Assembly (NCBI GenBank): GCA_937912115.1
Contig: CALDOI010000142.1
Span: 2,098-66,097, forward strand
Origin: an uncultured Bacteroidota bacterium
GTDB taxonomy: Bacteria > Bacteroidota > Bacteroidia > Bacteroidales > F082
DNA: 64,000 nt
Direction: 5' to 3'
In this document: positions 40,444 to 51,215 of the stretch, piece after piece
Layout of the letters: every line of letters begins with the position of its first letter
How positions within the stretch are numbered: position 1 is the first letter of the stretch
Notes under the pieces: generated by a model
Told to the model about the DNA's origin: nothing
What the model saw: the letters and a program-made list of their open reading frames with translations, nothing else
Database searches by the model: none
Translations under genes and position numbers: made by a program

Positions 40444-40603
40444 TTTTTAATAAATAACCATTATTAGTGGAGGGCAGTCGGGCGTTGATCGGGCTGCCCT
40501 TGACTTTGCCATGAAAAATAATATTAACTGCGGTGGTTGGTATCCTTTGGGGAAAATTGCTGAGGATGGTATTATTCCTGATAATTATTTTTTGGTGGCA
40601 TAA
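40440..40603 (+). pseudogene. Frameshifted, truncated N-terminus of a putative molybdenum carrier / circularly permuted YpsA SLOG protein
   Basis: Manual translation [48 protein letters not shown] overlaps the upstream stop (ATGA) but is one base out of frame. Homology stops where the convergent prmC stop lies. Confidence 0.75.
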
Positions 40604-41451
40604 ATAAACCTGTATTTGTGATGTATATCCTTAACCAGTTTTATCTCCGAGTAATTATGTTTGTTAAACAGATTCACCAATTCACTTCCAAACGATTCAT
40701 TTATCTCCGTATAGATTCTTCCCCCATTTTTAAGTTTTACTTCAGCAAATTTCAATATTGCCTCATAAAAAATTAGCGGGTCTTCTGAAGGAACGAATAG
40801 TGCATTATGAGGCTCATAATCAATTACATTTCGTTGCATTTTTGATTTATCTTCCTGAGTAACATACGGTGGATTACTTACTATTATATCAAATATATTT
40901 TTGCTATATAAAGCATTTCCAGATAATATATCATGAACTATAAATGAAATTTCAGCATTATTCAAAACTGCATTTTCATTTGCTAATTTTATCGCAGATA
41001 CTGAAATATCAGTAGCAAAAACGGACGGCTTTTTTAGCTGGGAATATAAACTTACCGCAATACACCCACTACCCGTACCAATATCAATAACACTTAGCCC
41101 CGTCTTATTCTCTTTTTTCACAATTAGTTGAACCAGCTCTTCAGTCTCTGGTCTGGGTATTAGCACATCTTTTGAAACTCTGATATTCAATCCTTGAAAT
41201 TCAACTTCTCCTGTGATATATTGAACAGGCCTATGTTTTTTAAGCTCTTTTACAGCCATGTGTAATTTTAAGATTTCCGACTCCATTAGCCTATATTCAG
41301 GACTCATTATTAACTTAACACGAGATATCCCGAAATAATGTTCAATTAAAATTGTTAATAATTGTTCAGCTTCATTAGTATCATAATAAGATATTAGGTC
41401 TTGAATATAATACTGTTTGAGATCTTTTAATAGATTGTTCCTTATATTCAT
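40585..41451 (-). CDS. prmC: Release factor glutamine methyltransferase
   Basis: [42 protein letters not shown]. Confidence 0.96.
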   Translation of the reverse strand: MNIRNNLLKDLKQYYIQDLISYYDTNEAEQLLTILIEHYFGISRVKLIMSPEYRLMESEILKLHMAVKELKKHRPVQYITGEVEFQGLNIRVSKDVLIPRPETEELVQLIVKKENKTGLSVIDIGTGSGCIAVSLYSQLKKPSVFATDISVSAIKLANENAVLNNAEISFIVHDILSGNALYSKNIFDIIVSNPPYVTQEDKSKMQRNVIDYEPHNALFVPSEDPLIFYEAILKFAEVKLKNGGRIYTEINESFGSELVNLFNKHNYSEIKLVKDIHHKYRFIYATKK

Positions 41452-41534
41452 ATGTGCAAGGTACTACAATTCTTTATTATGTTTGTATTATCTTAATTAA
41501 GTTTATGGAAAATATTTTGAGGATAGTACCCGAT

Positions 41535-42071
41535 ATGGTAAAAAACAACGTTATAATTATTACAGGCAATAAGGGAGAGGGTAAAACTACTAAGCTTCAG
41601 AGGATTGTTAAACTTATCAAAAAAGAGAAAATAAGCATGACAGGCTTTTTAGCTTACGCAGATTTGAAAGATGGTGATAGAAATGGATATACATTAGTTG
41701 ATATTGTTTCGTCTAAATCTATAATTCTATGCTCGAATGAGCCCTGTAGTACCTATGAAAAGATTGGGAGATTTTATTTTAATCCATTGGCTATTAAATT
41801 CGGACAAAAACTACTTAACACAAATCCGGTTGAAAAAACCTTGATTGTAATTGATGAAGTTGGACCTTTCGAATTACAAAATAAAATATGGTACGATTCA
41901 CTCGTTTATCAACTTGGAATACCTAAAAACGTTATTTTGCTTATAGTAAGAACAAAATTAGTTGATGAAATTATTAGAAAATTTGAGATTACCAATGCTA
42001 AGATATACAAACTAAGCGGAGATGACATGGACATAGTAAATGAGATAAAAACGCATTTCCAGATTCAATAG
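41535..42071 (+). CDS. P-loop nucleoside triphosphatase (NTPase_1/THEP1-like)
   Basis: IITGNKGEGKTT Walker A, IVIDEVGPFE Walker B, IGRFYF. Start uncertain (41535, 41505 or 41454). Confidence 0.8.
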   Translation: MVKNNVIIITGNKGEGKTTKLQRIVKLIKKEKISMTGFLAYADLKDGDRNGYTLVDIVSSKSIILCSNEPCSTYEKIGRFYFNPLAIKFGQKLLNTNPVEKTLIVIDEVGPFELQNKIWYDSLVYQLGIPKNVILLIVRTKLVDEIIRKFEITNAKIYKLSGDDMDIVNEIKTHFQIQ

Positions 42072-42216
42072 ATATTAGCGAAGTCAGAAAACATCACTTT
42101 TAAGTAACAAAATCAGCAATATTCATGTATACACCTCTACTTACAATTGATGAATACATGTCAGGTAATGAATTATTTGAAGAATTAATAATATCAGAAT
42201 TCACAAAACCAACAAA

Positions 42217-45200
42217 ATGAATATACCAAAAAGCGCTCCAGTGCGCATTTCCATTAGATCTAAGTTGTTGATTTATATATTATTAACAGCCACAGTTATA
42301 TTTATTACAACACTAGGTTATATAGTATCGAATACTAATAAAAATGCAATTGAAGATGCCCATAAATATGTAGTTGCAACTTCACAGCAATATGCTAATG
42401 CTGTAAAAGCAACCTTAGATAATGACATTGCCATATGCCGATCGTTGGCTAATGCTTTTAGCGGTTATAAGGATATTAGCTCAAAACAGAGGTACAATAT
42501 CTATAATCAAATAATGAAGAACACACTTATTAATAATCCTCAGTTTAAATCAATTTGGACAAGTTGGGAGTTGAATGCTATAGATCCAAATTTTACCGAG
42601 ATTAATGGTAGAGATCGATATATGTATTATCGCAAAGGCAATGAAATAAGATTTACAGATGAAACTATTGAGGTTGGTGAAACCAACCTTGGCGGGACAT
42701 ACTATGATATTAAAGGAAATCCTCGTGAGGTTCTTACCGATCCATATTATGATACATATATTGACCAACAAGGCGTTCAATTATTAATGTCGAGCATCGC
42801 GATTCCATTACTTGATAATGGCATTTTCGCCGGTCTTACTGGGGCAGATATTGAGATGGGAAGGTTTTATGACGTAATTAGTAATATAGTTCCTTTTACA
42901 GGAAGCTATGCCATTATGATTTCCGGTAGCGGACAAATTATTGCACATCCCGATAATAATCTTATAAACACATCAATACTTGATACTGAATTAGGTAAAC
43001 ACTCCAGTGTTAATTTAGGCAACAAACTAAAAACCGGTGATTCTTTTTCTTATAGTGAAGATGCTGAGGGGCTGTTTATATCATTTGCTCCGTTTAACCC
43101 TGGCACCTCAAACGAAACATGGTTTATAATAATTGTAGTTCCATCGGATATAATTCTGTTAAAAGCTGAGAATACATTTAAAATTTCAGTTATTGTGGGA
43201 TTTTTTGGCATATTGATTTTGGCACTTCTTATTTGGTTTATTGCAAGATCTATAACCTCTCCTCTTATTAAGACCACTAAAATTTTAAACCAACTGTCAA
43301 CCGGCGATATTAAAGACTTGGAAGTATTTAAAGTAAATACCCATGATGAATTGGCCGAAATGGCTAAAGCTCTGCAAACGCTTTCAAACTCTCTTAAGAC
43401 AAATGCCGATTTTGCAATAAATATTGGTGAAGGTAATCTTAGCCAAAGTTACAACCCATTAAGTAAGGATGATATATTGGGTAATGCTCTTATTCACATG
43501 AGGAAAAACTTGTTGGATTTAAGGGGTGTAAACGAAAAAAATCGTTGGATGCAAACATCTCTTGTAAGAATTAGTGAGTTACTCCAGGGAGAAAAATCTA
43601 TATCTGATCTTGGGAATCAAATTCTTGCTGCTTTGGCAGAGATTCTGGATATCCAAATTGCTTCGATATTTTTTAACGATAATGGCGAATTGATACTATC
43701 AAGCTCATATTCATACAACGTCAGAAAATCAAATCTTAATAGATTTAAGTTTGGCGAAGGGCTAATTGGCCAGGCAGCAATTGAACAGAAATTATTAGTA
43801 TTTACTGATGTTCCCGAAGATTACATAAGTATTAAATCAGGACTTGGAGAGATTAAACCATCCGTAATTGTTGTGGCTCCTCTTGTTTATCAAAAAGAAA
43901 TTGTGGCAGTTATTGAACTTGGTAGCACTAAAGAAATGACCTTAAGTAAGCTCGATTTCATAACTCAGATATCTGAAAATCTGGCCTTGGGATTTAACTC
44001 CATTAATACGCGTAACGAAATGAAAGTTCTTTTAGCTAAAACACAAACTCAGGCAGAAGAACTAAGAGTACAACAGGAAGAGCTAGTTGGCTCAAATAAA
44101 GAATTAGAAGCTCAAACAAATGCTTTAAAAGTAAGCGAAGAAGAACTTCAGCAACAGCAGGAAGAATTAAGGGTAACAAATGAGGAACTTGAAGAAAAAA
44201 CAAAATTCCTTGAGCAGCAAAGAGTAGATATTACCAATAAAAATTTAGAGCTGGAAAATGTTGGTAAAAACCTAGAACATAAAGCCAAAGAACTTGAAAT
44301 TGCAAGTAAATATAAGTCCGAATTTTTGGCTAATATGTCACACGAGTTACGTACACCTCTAAATAGTTTATTAATACTATCCGGTAGCTTGTCGGAAAAT
44401 AGAGAAGAAAACCTTACCGAAGAACAGGTTGAGTCTGCAGAGATAATTTACAAAAGCGGTAACGACCTACTTACCATGATAAACGACATTCTTGATTTAT
44501 CAAAAATTGAGTCGGGCAAAATGGATGTTAATATTACAAACGTCCAACTCGAAAATATAGCAGATAATATCCGAGATTATTTCAAGCATGGTACTTCACA
44601 AAAAAATCTCGACTTCATTGTGGAAATTGATAGTGACATTCCGGATATAATATCAACTGATCAACAAAAAGTTGAACAAATACTGAAAAACTTTATGTCG
44701 AACGCCCTTAAGTTCACCGACAAAGGAAACATCACACTAAAGTTTCATTCATCAACAGAGAATAATAATTCTGAAGAAGATAAAGTTTGTATATCTGTAA
44801 TCGATACGGGAATTGTGATACCTGAAGATAAACAATTGGCAATATTTGAAGCATTCCAACAAGCCGATGGTAGCATTTCAAGAAGATTTGGAGGAACAGG
44901 TCTTGGACTCTCAATATCACGAGAATTGTCAAAACTACTTGGTGGAAGAATAACACTGGAAAGTAAAGTTGGTGAAGGATCAACATTCTCATTCTGTATT
45001 CCTGTAAAGGCAAATCTAAAAAAATCAGAAGAAAAGAAAACAACATCAACCGTAACAAAAGGAGGTGAAAAACCAAAAACTAATAATGCTGAAAAAGTTG
45101 ATGAAACTAATAACACGATGTTTGTAACTAACCATCCTGCTTTTATAGATGATGATTATGGTAAAACGAGCAACGACGATAAAGTAATTTTGGTAATTGA

Positions 45201-46347
45201 AGACGATCCAAATTTTGCAAAAATTCTTTATAAACATTGTCATAACAGAGGATTTAGCTGCATTGCTTCTTCAACAGGTGAACATGGCATTGAATTGGCA
45301 AATAGTATACTCCCAAGCGCAATTATACTCGACATTAAACTACCAGGCATTGATGGTTGGAGGGTTCTTGATTTAATAAAGGAAAACCCAAATACTCGTC
45401 ATATACCAGTTCATATTATGTCAGGAGATGAGGAGAATATTACTGCTTCATCCAAAGGTGCCATCGGCTACCTAACCAAGCCAATATTAAAAGGATCGAT
45501 TGACGAGGCATTTAGTAAAATAGAATCATTCATCAATAAAAAAACCGGCAACCTGCTATTAATAGAGGATGATGAAAATTTGAGAAAATCCATCAAAATA
45601 TTAATAGGAGACAACAATGTTAATATAACTGATGCTGCAACTGGAAATGAGGCTATTGAATTACTAAAACACAATAATTACGACTGTATGATACTCGATT
45701 TAGGTTTGTCGGATATGAGTGGATTCGAACTTATCGACAAGCTGAATAATACAAATACAAGTCGGCCTCCCATTATTGTTTATACTGGTAGAGACTTAAC
45801 GAAGAAAGAAAATGCCACCCTTGAAAAATATGCCGAATCAATTATCATAAAGGGTGTAAAATCGGAGGAAAGACTATTGGATGAAACAGCCCTATTTATG
45901 CATCGAGTAATTGCCGACATGCCAAAGAAACAACAAACCTTAATAAAAAGCATGCATAATAAAGAGGATGTTTTCAAAGACAAGACAGTACTAATTGTTG
46001 ATGATGATATGCGAAATGTATTTGCGTTAACAAAAGTTCTTTCTGAACAAAATATGAAAATATCACGTGCCGAAAATGGAAAAGTAGCACTAGATCTTAT
46101 AAATGCAAGCCCTAAATTTGATGTGATTCTAATGGATATTATGATGCCTGTAATGGATGGCTATGAAACCATGGAAGCCATTAGGAAAATTCCCTCGCAA
46201 AAACATGTTCCAATAATTGCCCTTACTGCAAAGGCTATGAAAGAAGACAGACAGAAATGTATCGACTCGGGTGCCAATGATTATATGGCAAAGCCAATTG
46301 TTATTGAAAAACTTTTATCTTTGTTAAGAGTATGGTTATATAAATAA
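42217..46347 (+). CDS. Membrane hybrid histidine kinase (dCache-HAMP-GAF-coiled coil-HisKA-HATPase-3xREC)
   Basis: LTDPYYD Cache motif; GEGLIGQAA GAF; QEEL-rich coil; [32 protein letters not shown]; three REC domains. Confidence 0.92.
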   Translation: MNIPKSAPVRISIRSKLLIYILLTATVIFITTLGYIVSNTNKNAIEDAHKYVVATSQQYANAVKATLDNDIAICRSLANAFSGYKDISSKQRYNIYNQIMKNTLINNPQFKSIWTSWELNAIDPNFTEINGRDRYMYYRKGNEIRFTDETIEVGETNLGGTYYDIKGNPREVLTDPYYDTYIDQQGVQLLMSSIAIPLLDNGIFAGLTGADIEMGRFYDVISNIVPFTGSYAIMISGSGQIIAHPDNNLINTSILDTELGKHSSVNLGNKLKTGDSFSYSEDAEGLFISFAPFNPGTSNETWFIIIVVPSDIILLKAENTFKISVIVGFFGILILALLIWFIARSITSPLIKTTKILNQLSTGDIKDLEVFKVNTHDELAEMAKALQTLSNSLKTNADFAINIGEGNLSQSYNPLSKDDILGNALIHMRKNLLDLRGVNEKNRWMQTSLVRISELLQGEKSISDLGNQILAALAEILDIQIASIFFNDNGELILSSSYSYNVRKSNLNRFKFGEGLIGQAAIEQKLLVFTDVPEDYISIKSGLGEIKPSVIVVAPLVYQKEIVAVIELGSTKEMTLSKLDFITQISENLALGFNSINTRNEMKVLLAKTQTQAEELRVQQEELVGSNKELEAQTNALKVSEEELQQQQEELRVTNEELEEKTKFLEQQRVDITNKNLELENVGKNLEHKAKELEIASKYKSEFLANMSHELRTPLNSLLILSGSLSENREENLTEEQVESAEIIYKSGNDLLTMINDILDLSKIESGKMDVNITNVQLENIADNIRDYFKHGTSQKNLDFIVEIDSDIPDIISTDQQKVEQILKNFMSNALKFTDKGNITLKFHSSTENNNSEEDKVCISVIDTGIVIPEDKQLAIFEAFQQADGSISRRFGGTGLGLSISRELSKLLGGRITLESKVGEGSTFSFCIPVKANLKKSEEKKTTSTVTKGGEKPKTNNAEKVDETNNTMFVTNHPAFIDDDYGKTSNDDKVILVIEDDPNFAKILYKHCHNRGFSCIASSTGEHGIELANSILPSAIILDIKLPGIDGWRVLDLIKENPNTRHIPVHIMSGDEENITASSKGAIGYLTKPILKGSIDEAFSKIESFINKKTGNLLLIEDDENLRKSIKILIGDNNVNITDAATGNEAIELLKHNNYDCMILDLGLSDMSGFELIDKLNNTNTSRPPIIVYTGRDLTKKENATLEKYAESIIIKGVKSEERLLDETALFMHRVIADMPKKQQTLIKSMHNKEDVFKDKTVLIVDDDMRNVFALTKVLSEQNMKISRAENGKVALDLINASPKFDVILMDIMMPVMDGYETMEAIRKIPSQKHVPIIALTAKAMKEDRQKCIDSGANDYMAKPIVIEKLLSLLRVWLYK

Positions 46348-46352
46348 GATAA

Positions 46353-47924
46353 ATGCCACCTAAACCAAAGATATTAATAGTAGATGATAGAAGAGAGAAT
46401 CTGGTTGCTCTGGAGGTAGTCCTTAAAGGGCTTGATGTTGAATTTATAAGAGCATTATCAGGTAACGAGGCATTAGGCCTGGTTCTAAAACATGAATTTG
46501 CAATTGGTATTATTGATGTTCAAATGCCTGATATGGATGGCTTTGAAACAGTTGAGCTTATTCACAACGATCCATCTATCAAATATTTTCCAGTAATTTT
46601 TGTTTCTGCTATATACAAAGAAGAGCAGTACGTATTAAAAGGAATAGAAACCGGTGCTGTTGATTTTATTTCAAAACCAATTGTGCCAGCTATATTACAG
46701 GGAAAAGTAAAAGTTTTTCTGGATTTATATAAGCAAAAGAAGTTGTTAGAAGTCACTAATAATGAGTTAATTATTGCCAAGGAAAAGGCAGAGAAAAAGG
46801 ATTTACTTAAATCATTGTTTTTAGCTACTATGTCGCATGAAATTCGCACTCCAATGAATGGTATTATTGGTGTATCAGAACTTCTTAAACAAACCCCCTT
46901 GAACTCGGAACAGGAAGACCTGGTTAATATTATGTCTGTATCCGGAAATAACTTATTAATTATAATTAACGACATACTTGATATTTCGAAGATTGAAGCC
47001 GGACAAATTACACTTGAAAACATTACATTTGACCTCTATAATATTGCAACCGAAACTGTTTCACTACTTGATGTTAAAGCCAGAGATAATGGAATCAAAC
47101 TTATTTTAAAGATTGAAAAAACTGTTCCTAAGATTGTTATTGGGGATCCAATGAGGCTTAAACAAATTTTACTTAATCTTGCTAACAATGCAATTAAATT
47201 TACCAAAGAAGGCAGTGTTACCATAAATATTTCGCAACTACCTGAGAAAAATAGAAAGCATCATATAGAATTTAAGGTTATTGATACCGGCATTGGCATA
47301 CCCGAAAATGATAAGGACAAACTCTTTAAACTCTTTAGTCAGGTAAACCAAACTACGCAGCGAGAATATGGCGGTACAGGTTTGGGTTTAGCCATTTCCA
47401 AAAAACTTGTTGAGTTAATGAATGGTGAAATAGGTGTTGATAGTATACCTGATATTGGATCAACATTCTGGTTCAATGTGTTTTTTGACAAATCAATTGA
47501 TGAAGATATTAAACATGAGAATGTTGTTGAAGAAAAACTAAGCTCAACAACTAATTTAAATATCTTACTTGTTGAAGATAATCTAATCAATCAAAAGATA
47601 GCCTCGGGTGTAATTAAGCAACTCGGTCACACTATTTCTGTTGCTGACAATGGAAAAATAGGTGTTGAAATGTATAAAGCATACAGTTATGATCTTGTGC
47701 TAATGGATATTCAGATGCCGGTAATGGATGGTTTTACAGCCGTTAAGGAAATTCGTGAATGGGAACATGATGAAAGAAAACAACCTGGTTACATAATAGC
47801 ACTAACTGCAAACGCATTGAAAGAAGACAAAGAAAAATGTTTTGAAGTTGGAATGAATGATTTTTTAGCTAAGCCTTTTAAAATAAAAGACATACAAGGT
47901 GCAATATCAAAAATTTATAAATGA
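46353..47924 (+). CDS. REC-HisKA-HATPase-REC hybrid kinase
   Basis: [51 protein letters not shown]-terminal [12 protein letters not shown]. Confidence 0.92.
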   Translation: MPPKPKILIVDDRRENLVALEVVLKGLDVEFIRALSGNEALGLVLKHEFAIGIIDVQMPDMDGFETVELIHNDPSIKYFPVIFVSAIYKEEQYVLKGIETGAVDFISKPIVPAILQGKVKVFLDLYKQKKLLEVTNNELIIAKEKAEKKDLLKSLFLATMSHEIRTPMNGIIGVSELLKQTPLNSEQEDLVNIMSVSGNNLLIIINDILDISKIEAGQITLENITFDLYNIATETVSLLDVKARDNGIKLILKIEKTVPKIVIGDPMRLKQILLNLANNAIKFTKEGSVTINISQLPEKNRKHHIEFKVIDTGIGIPENDKDKLFKLFSQVNQTTQREYGGTGLGLAISKKLVELMNGEIGVDSIPDIGSTFWFNVFFDKSIDEDIKHENVVEEKLSSTTNLNILLVEDNLINQKIASGVIKQLGHTISVADNGKIGVEMYKAYSYDLVLMDIQMPVMDGFTAVKEIREWEHDERKQPGYIIALTANALKEDKEKCFEVGMNDFLAKPFKIKDIQGAISKIYK

Positions 47925-48111
47925 TATTCCTACTAAAGCTTGAACTTTAGAAATTAGTATCCTCTCTTATTGCAAATTTCATAACTAATAAACTCTTTAT
48001 ATACATGATATTTATCATTAGTAATGATGGTTATACAAAAAAACGTACTGTTTTTATACTAAAAAAATGTATTTTAGCGGCCAGTAATTGTTATTTTAAT
48101 CAATCAAAACT

Positions 48112-48594
48112 ATGATTTCTTTCACAAAACTTATAAGTAAGCTTGTGCTTACTATTTTGGTATTTTTATTAATTCTACCAGGCATATTAAATGCGCAAGA
48201 AGGCAATTACCTCGGTTGTGAAAAAAAAATCCACCCCGAAGAATTATTGGCAAAAGCAATGATAGCTGATTTCAGCAACAACCTCAGCGAAAAAATATAT
48301 GAGGACTCAAAAAACTCTTATTTTGCTGTAGACGTTGCAAAACTTAATACGAAATTTGAGAGAATAAGATTATTGGAATTAAGTTATAGTGATGATGCTC
48401 TTGTTAGTATAGGTACAGATGAAAATAGACTCTTCTATTTCTTTTTAGTAAATAATATACTTAACAAAACACCTGAAGATATTAACAACACATTCATTGG
48501 TTTCCAAACTCAGGCAACAGTAGAATCAGCTAAACTAAACGAGGAACAACTCCGACTTTGGTTATTACAGCACGATAAATTATCAAAAAAATAG
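48112..48594 (+). CDS. Hypothetical exported protein
   Basis: Signal peptide ending LNA-Q; first gene of a three-gene plus-strand run. Confidence 0.65.
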   Translation: MISFTKLISKLVLTILVFLLILPGILNAQEGNYLGCEKKIHPEELLAKAMIADFSNNLSEKIYEDSKNSYFAVDVAKLNTKFERIRLLELSYSDDALVSIGTDENRLFYFFLVNNILNKTPEDINNTFIGFQTQATVESAKLNEEQLRLWLLQHDKLSKK

Positions 48595-48620
48595 TAGGTT
48601 AAACCAATCACATCTTAACA

Positions 48621-51170
48621 ATGAAAAAATTTATACTTATAATAATATTATTTATTTCATTTGATACAGTTACTTTTGGACAAGCCGGACTATGTGAAAT
48701 ATCTGATCCATTTTGCACAAGTAGCATCTATACTTTCCCGGCTGGAGTAAATACAGGAACTGCTCAATCGGGGCCAAATTATGGATGTTTAGGCACTCAA
48801 CCAAATCCCGCATGGTATCATATGAAAATAGCAGTTGCGGGAAATATTAATATATATATGTCTACGCTACCCTTAAGGGATATCGATTTTATTTGTTGGG
48901 GACCATTTACTGACCCATATGATCCTTGCGCATCTTCGCTAACAAATAATATGATAGTTGATTGTAGCTTTTCGGCCAACCCTACTGAAAATTGTTATAT
49001 TCCAAATGGGCAAGTTGAGGAATATTATATATTATTGATTACGAACTATTCTAATCAAGCTTGCAACATAACTTTCCAAAAAACTTCTGGAACTGGTGAA
49101 ACGGACTGTACAATTGTTCCACCACCGGTTTCAAATAATGGTCCTTTATGTATTCACGATAATCTGGAATTATATGCTGATTACGTTAGCAATGCAACAT
49201 ATGCCTGGACCGGACCTGCAGGTTTTACATCAAATGAACAAAATCCTGTGATATCAGATGTTGACATGACAAATGCAGGGACTTATCAACTTATTATTAC
49301 AGTTAATGGTAGCCCCAGTGACCCTGTTGAAACACATGTTACTATAAATGCTCTATCAAATGCCGACTTTACTTTTAATGATGCATGTTTCGGAGAAACT
49401 ACATTTTTTGTCGATGAATCAACCATAGAACCAACTACTTCTTCAATTACCTCCTGGAACTGGGAATTTGGAGATGGACAGCAAGGTGTGGGTCAAAATC
49501 AAGAACATACCTATGGTGACGTTGGTGATTACAGTGTTACATTAACAACCTATACAGGATTTGCACAATGCCCTAATTCTGAAACAAAAACAGTTACTGT
49601 TTTTAGTGCTGCTACAGTAGATGCTGGTGCTGACATTACAATTCCAAATGGATGGAATACCCAGTTGGATGCAACAGTTAGCGGAGGAACCGGTGGTTAT
49701 GACTTATTATGGCAACCCGAGAACCTGTTGATTGATCCAAGTGTAGTTGACCCTACAACAATAGCATTATCAGCTACAGCTGTATTTAAACTTAACGTAA
49801 CAGATGCAAGCTCAGGTTGTAATAGTGCTGATAGCATGACCGTATTAGTTACCGGAGGCGCATTAGGCGTTACAGCTACTGCCAGCCCAATGACTATATG
49901 TCAGGATGAAATTGTTAATCTGGTTGCTCTTCCTTCAGGTGGGTCAGGAAATAATTCCTATAGTTGGACATCTAATCCTCCAGGTTTTGTAGCTGACATT
50001 AAAGAACCTTCCGATTTTCCTCAGGTAACAACAACTTATTTTGTTTCTGTTTTTGATGGACAAAATACTGTTGACGCTTCAGTACAGGTAGTTGTTAAAC
50101 CAAGACCTATTGGAAATGCCGGTACAGATATACCTATAACAGTAGGAACATCTACCACCTTAACCGGATCTTCATCAAGTGGCGGTACTGGCGACTTCAC
50201 ATATTTATGGACTCCCATAAACTCCTTACTTGATCCAACATCATTACATCCACAAACCATAGTACTAGATGAAAGCACAGAATTCTATCTTCAGGTAAAT
50301 GATGCAAATGGTTGCCAAAGTGTACCTGATAATATGTTTGTATTGGTGGGTGGAGATGTACTTAGTGTTTTTCCAACATCATCCGCTCAAAACAATGTAA
50401 TTTGTCAGGGTGAAGATGTTGAACTTTTCCCTAATGCTTTTGGTGGAGGTGGAATCTATACTTTTCTTTGGACAGATGGTGGAGGGTTTAGCTCTACAGA
50501 AGAATCACCAATTGTTAGTCCATGGGAAACTACTACTTATACCATTGAAGTAAATGATTCATTTAAAACAGTTACCAATCAAATTACTATTGTAGTTAAT
50601 CACACACCAGTGGTAGATTTATTTCCAGCGGGTGCCACGCCATGGGGAATTACTACTGATACCATCAAAGTTTGTGTAAGAGATTCAGTACTACTTGATG
50701 CGGGAGATCCCATTAATCCACCGTTAATGAACTACCTGTGGTCATCTTCTGCAACCTCACGAAATATTACAGCATCTACCAATGGTAGCTGGATTGTAAT
50801 TGATAGTTATTGGGCACATGCCGAAAATCCTGTTACAGGTTGTACCGGACAAGATACCATTACAATATTTTTCGATTTTGATGAATGTAGTATCGGAATT
50901 GATGAAAATGATGGGCTATCAAATAATATTACGGTAATGCCTAATCCCACAAGTGACTTTACTACTATTGTTATTAAAGACATTGGAGGTGAAATAACTA
51001 TTAATTTGTATGATATTCAAGGTCAAACAATTTGGCAACATCGAGATGAATTAGTGCAAGGTTCCGGTTATTCAAAAGAGATTTCCTTGAAATCCCTTCC
51101 CATTGGTGTTTATTTGATAAATATAGAACACAAGAAAGGAATATTTAACAAAAGAATTATTAAGAACTAG
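48621..51170 (+). CDS. T9SS type A CTD protein with Cys-rich N-domain, PKD and Ig-like repeats
   Basis: Signal peptide; CEISDPFC..GPNYGCL..PNPAWY; PKD WNWEFGDG; repeated SGG(T/S)G..Y.W; CTD MPNPT...GVYLI...KRIIKN. Confidence 0.88.
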   Translation: MKKFILIIILFISFDTVTFGQAGLCEISDPFCTSSIYTFPAGVNTGTAQSGPNYGCLGTQPNPAWYHMKIAVAGNINIYMSTLPLRDIDFICWGPFTDPYDPCASSLTNNMIVDCSFSANPTENCYIPNGQVEEYYILLITNYSNQACNITFQKTSGTGETDCTIVPPPVSNNGPLCIHDNLELYADYVSNATYAWTGPAGFTSNEQNPVISDVDMTNAGTYQLIITVNGSPSDPVETHVTINALSNADFTFNDACFGETTFFVDESTIEPTTSSITSWNWEFGDGQQGVGQNQEHTYGDVGDYSVTLTTYTGFAQCPNSETKTVTVFSAATVDAGADITIPNGWNTQLDATVSGGTGGYDLLWQPENLLIDPSVVDPTTIALSATAVFKLNVTDASSGCNSADSMTVLVTGGALGVTATASPMTICQDEIVNLVALPSGGSGNNSYSWTSNPPGFVADIKEPSDFPQVTTTYFVSVFDGQNTVDASVQVVVKPRPIGNAGTDIPITVGTSTTLTGSSSSGGTGDFTYLWTPINSLLDPTSLHPQTIVLDESTEFYLQVNDANGCQSVPDNMFVLVGGDVLSVFPTSSAQNNVICQGEDVELFPNAFGGGGIYTFLWTDGGGFSSTEESPIVSPWETTTYTIEVNDSFKTVTNQITIVVNHTPVVDLFPAGATPWGITTDTIKVCVRDSVLLDAGDPINPPLMNYLWSSSATSRNITASTNGSWIVIDSYWAHAENPVTGCTGQDTITIFFDFDECSIGIDENDGLSNNITVMPNPTSDFTTIVIKDIGGEITINLYDIQGQTIWQHRDELVQGSGYSKEISLKSLPIGVYLINIEHKKGIFNKRIIKN

Positions 51171-51215
51171 CATAATAAACTAGTGTTTTTTAATCAATTA
51201 CTCTACCAATACCAG

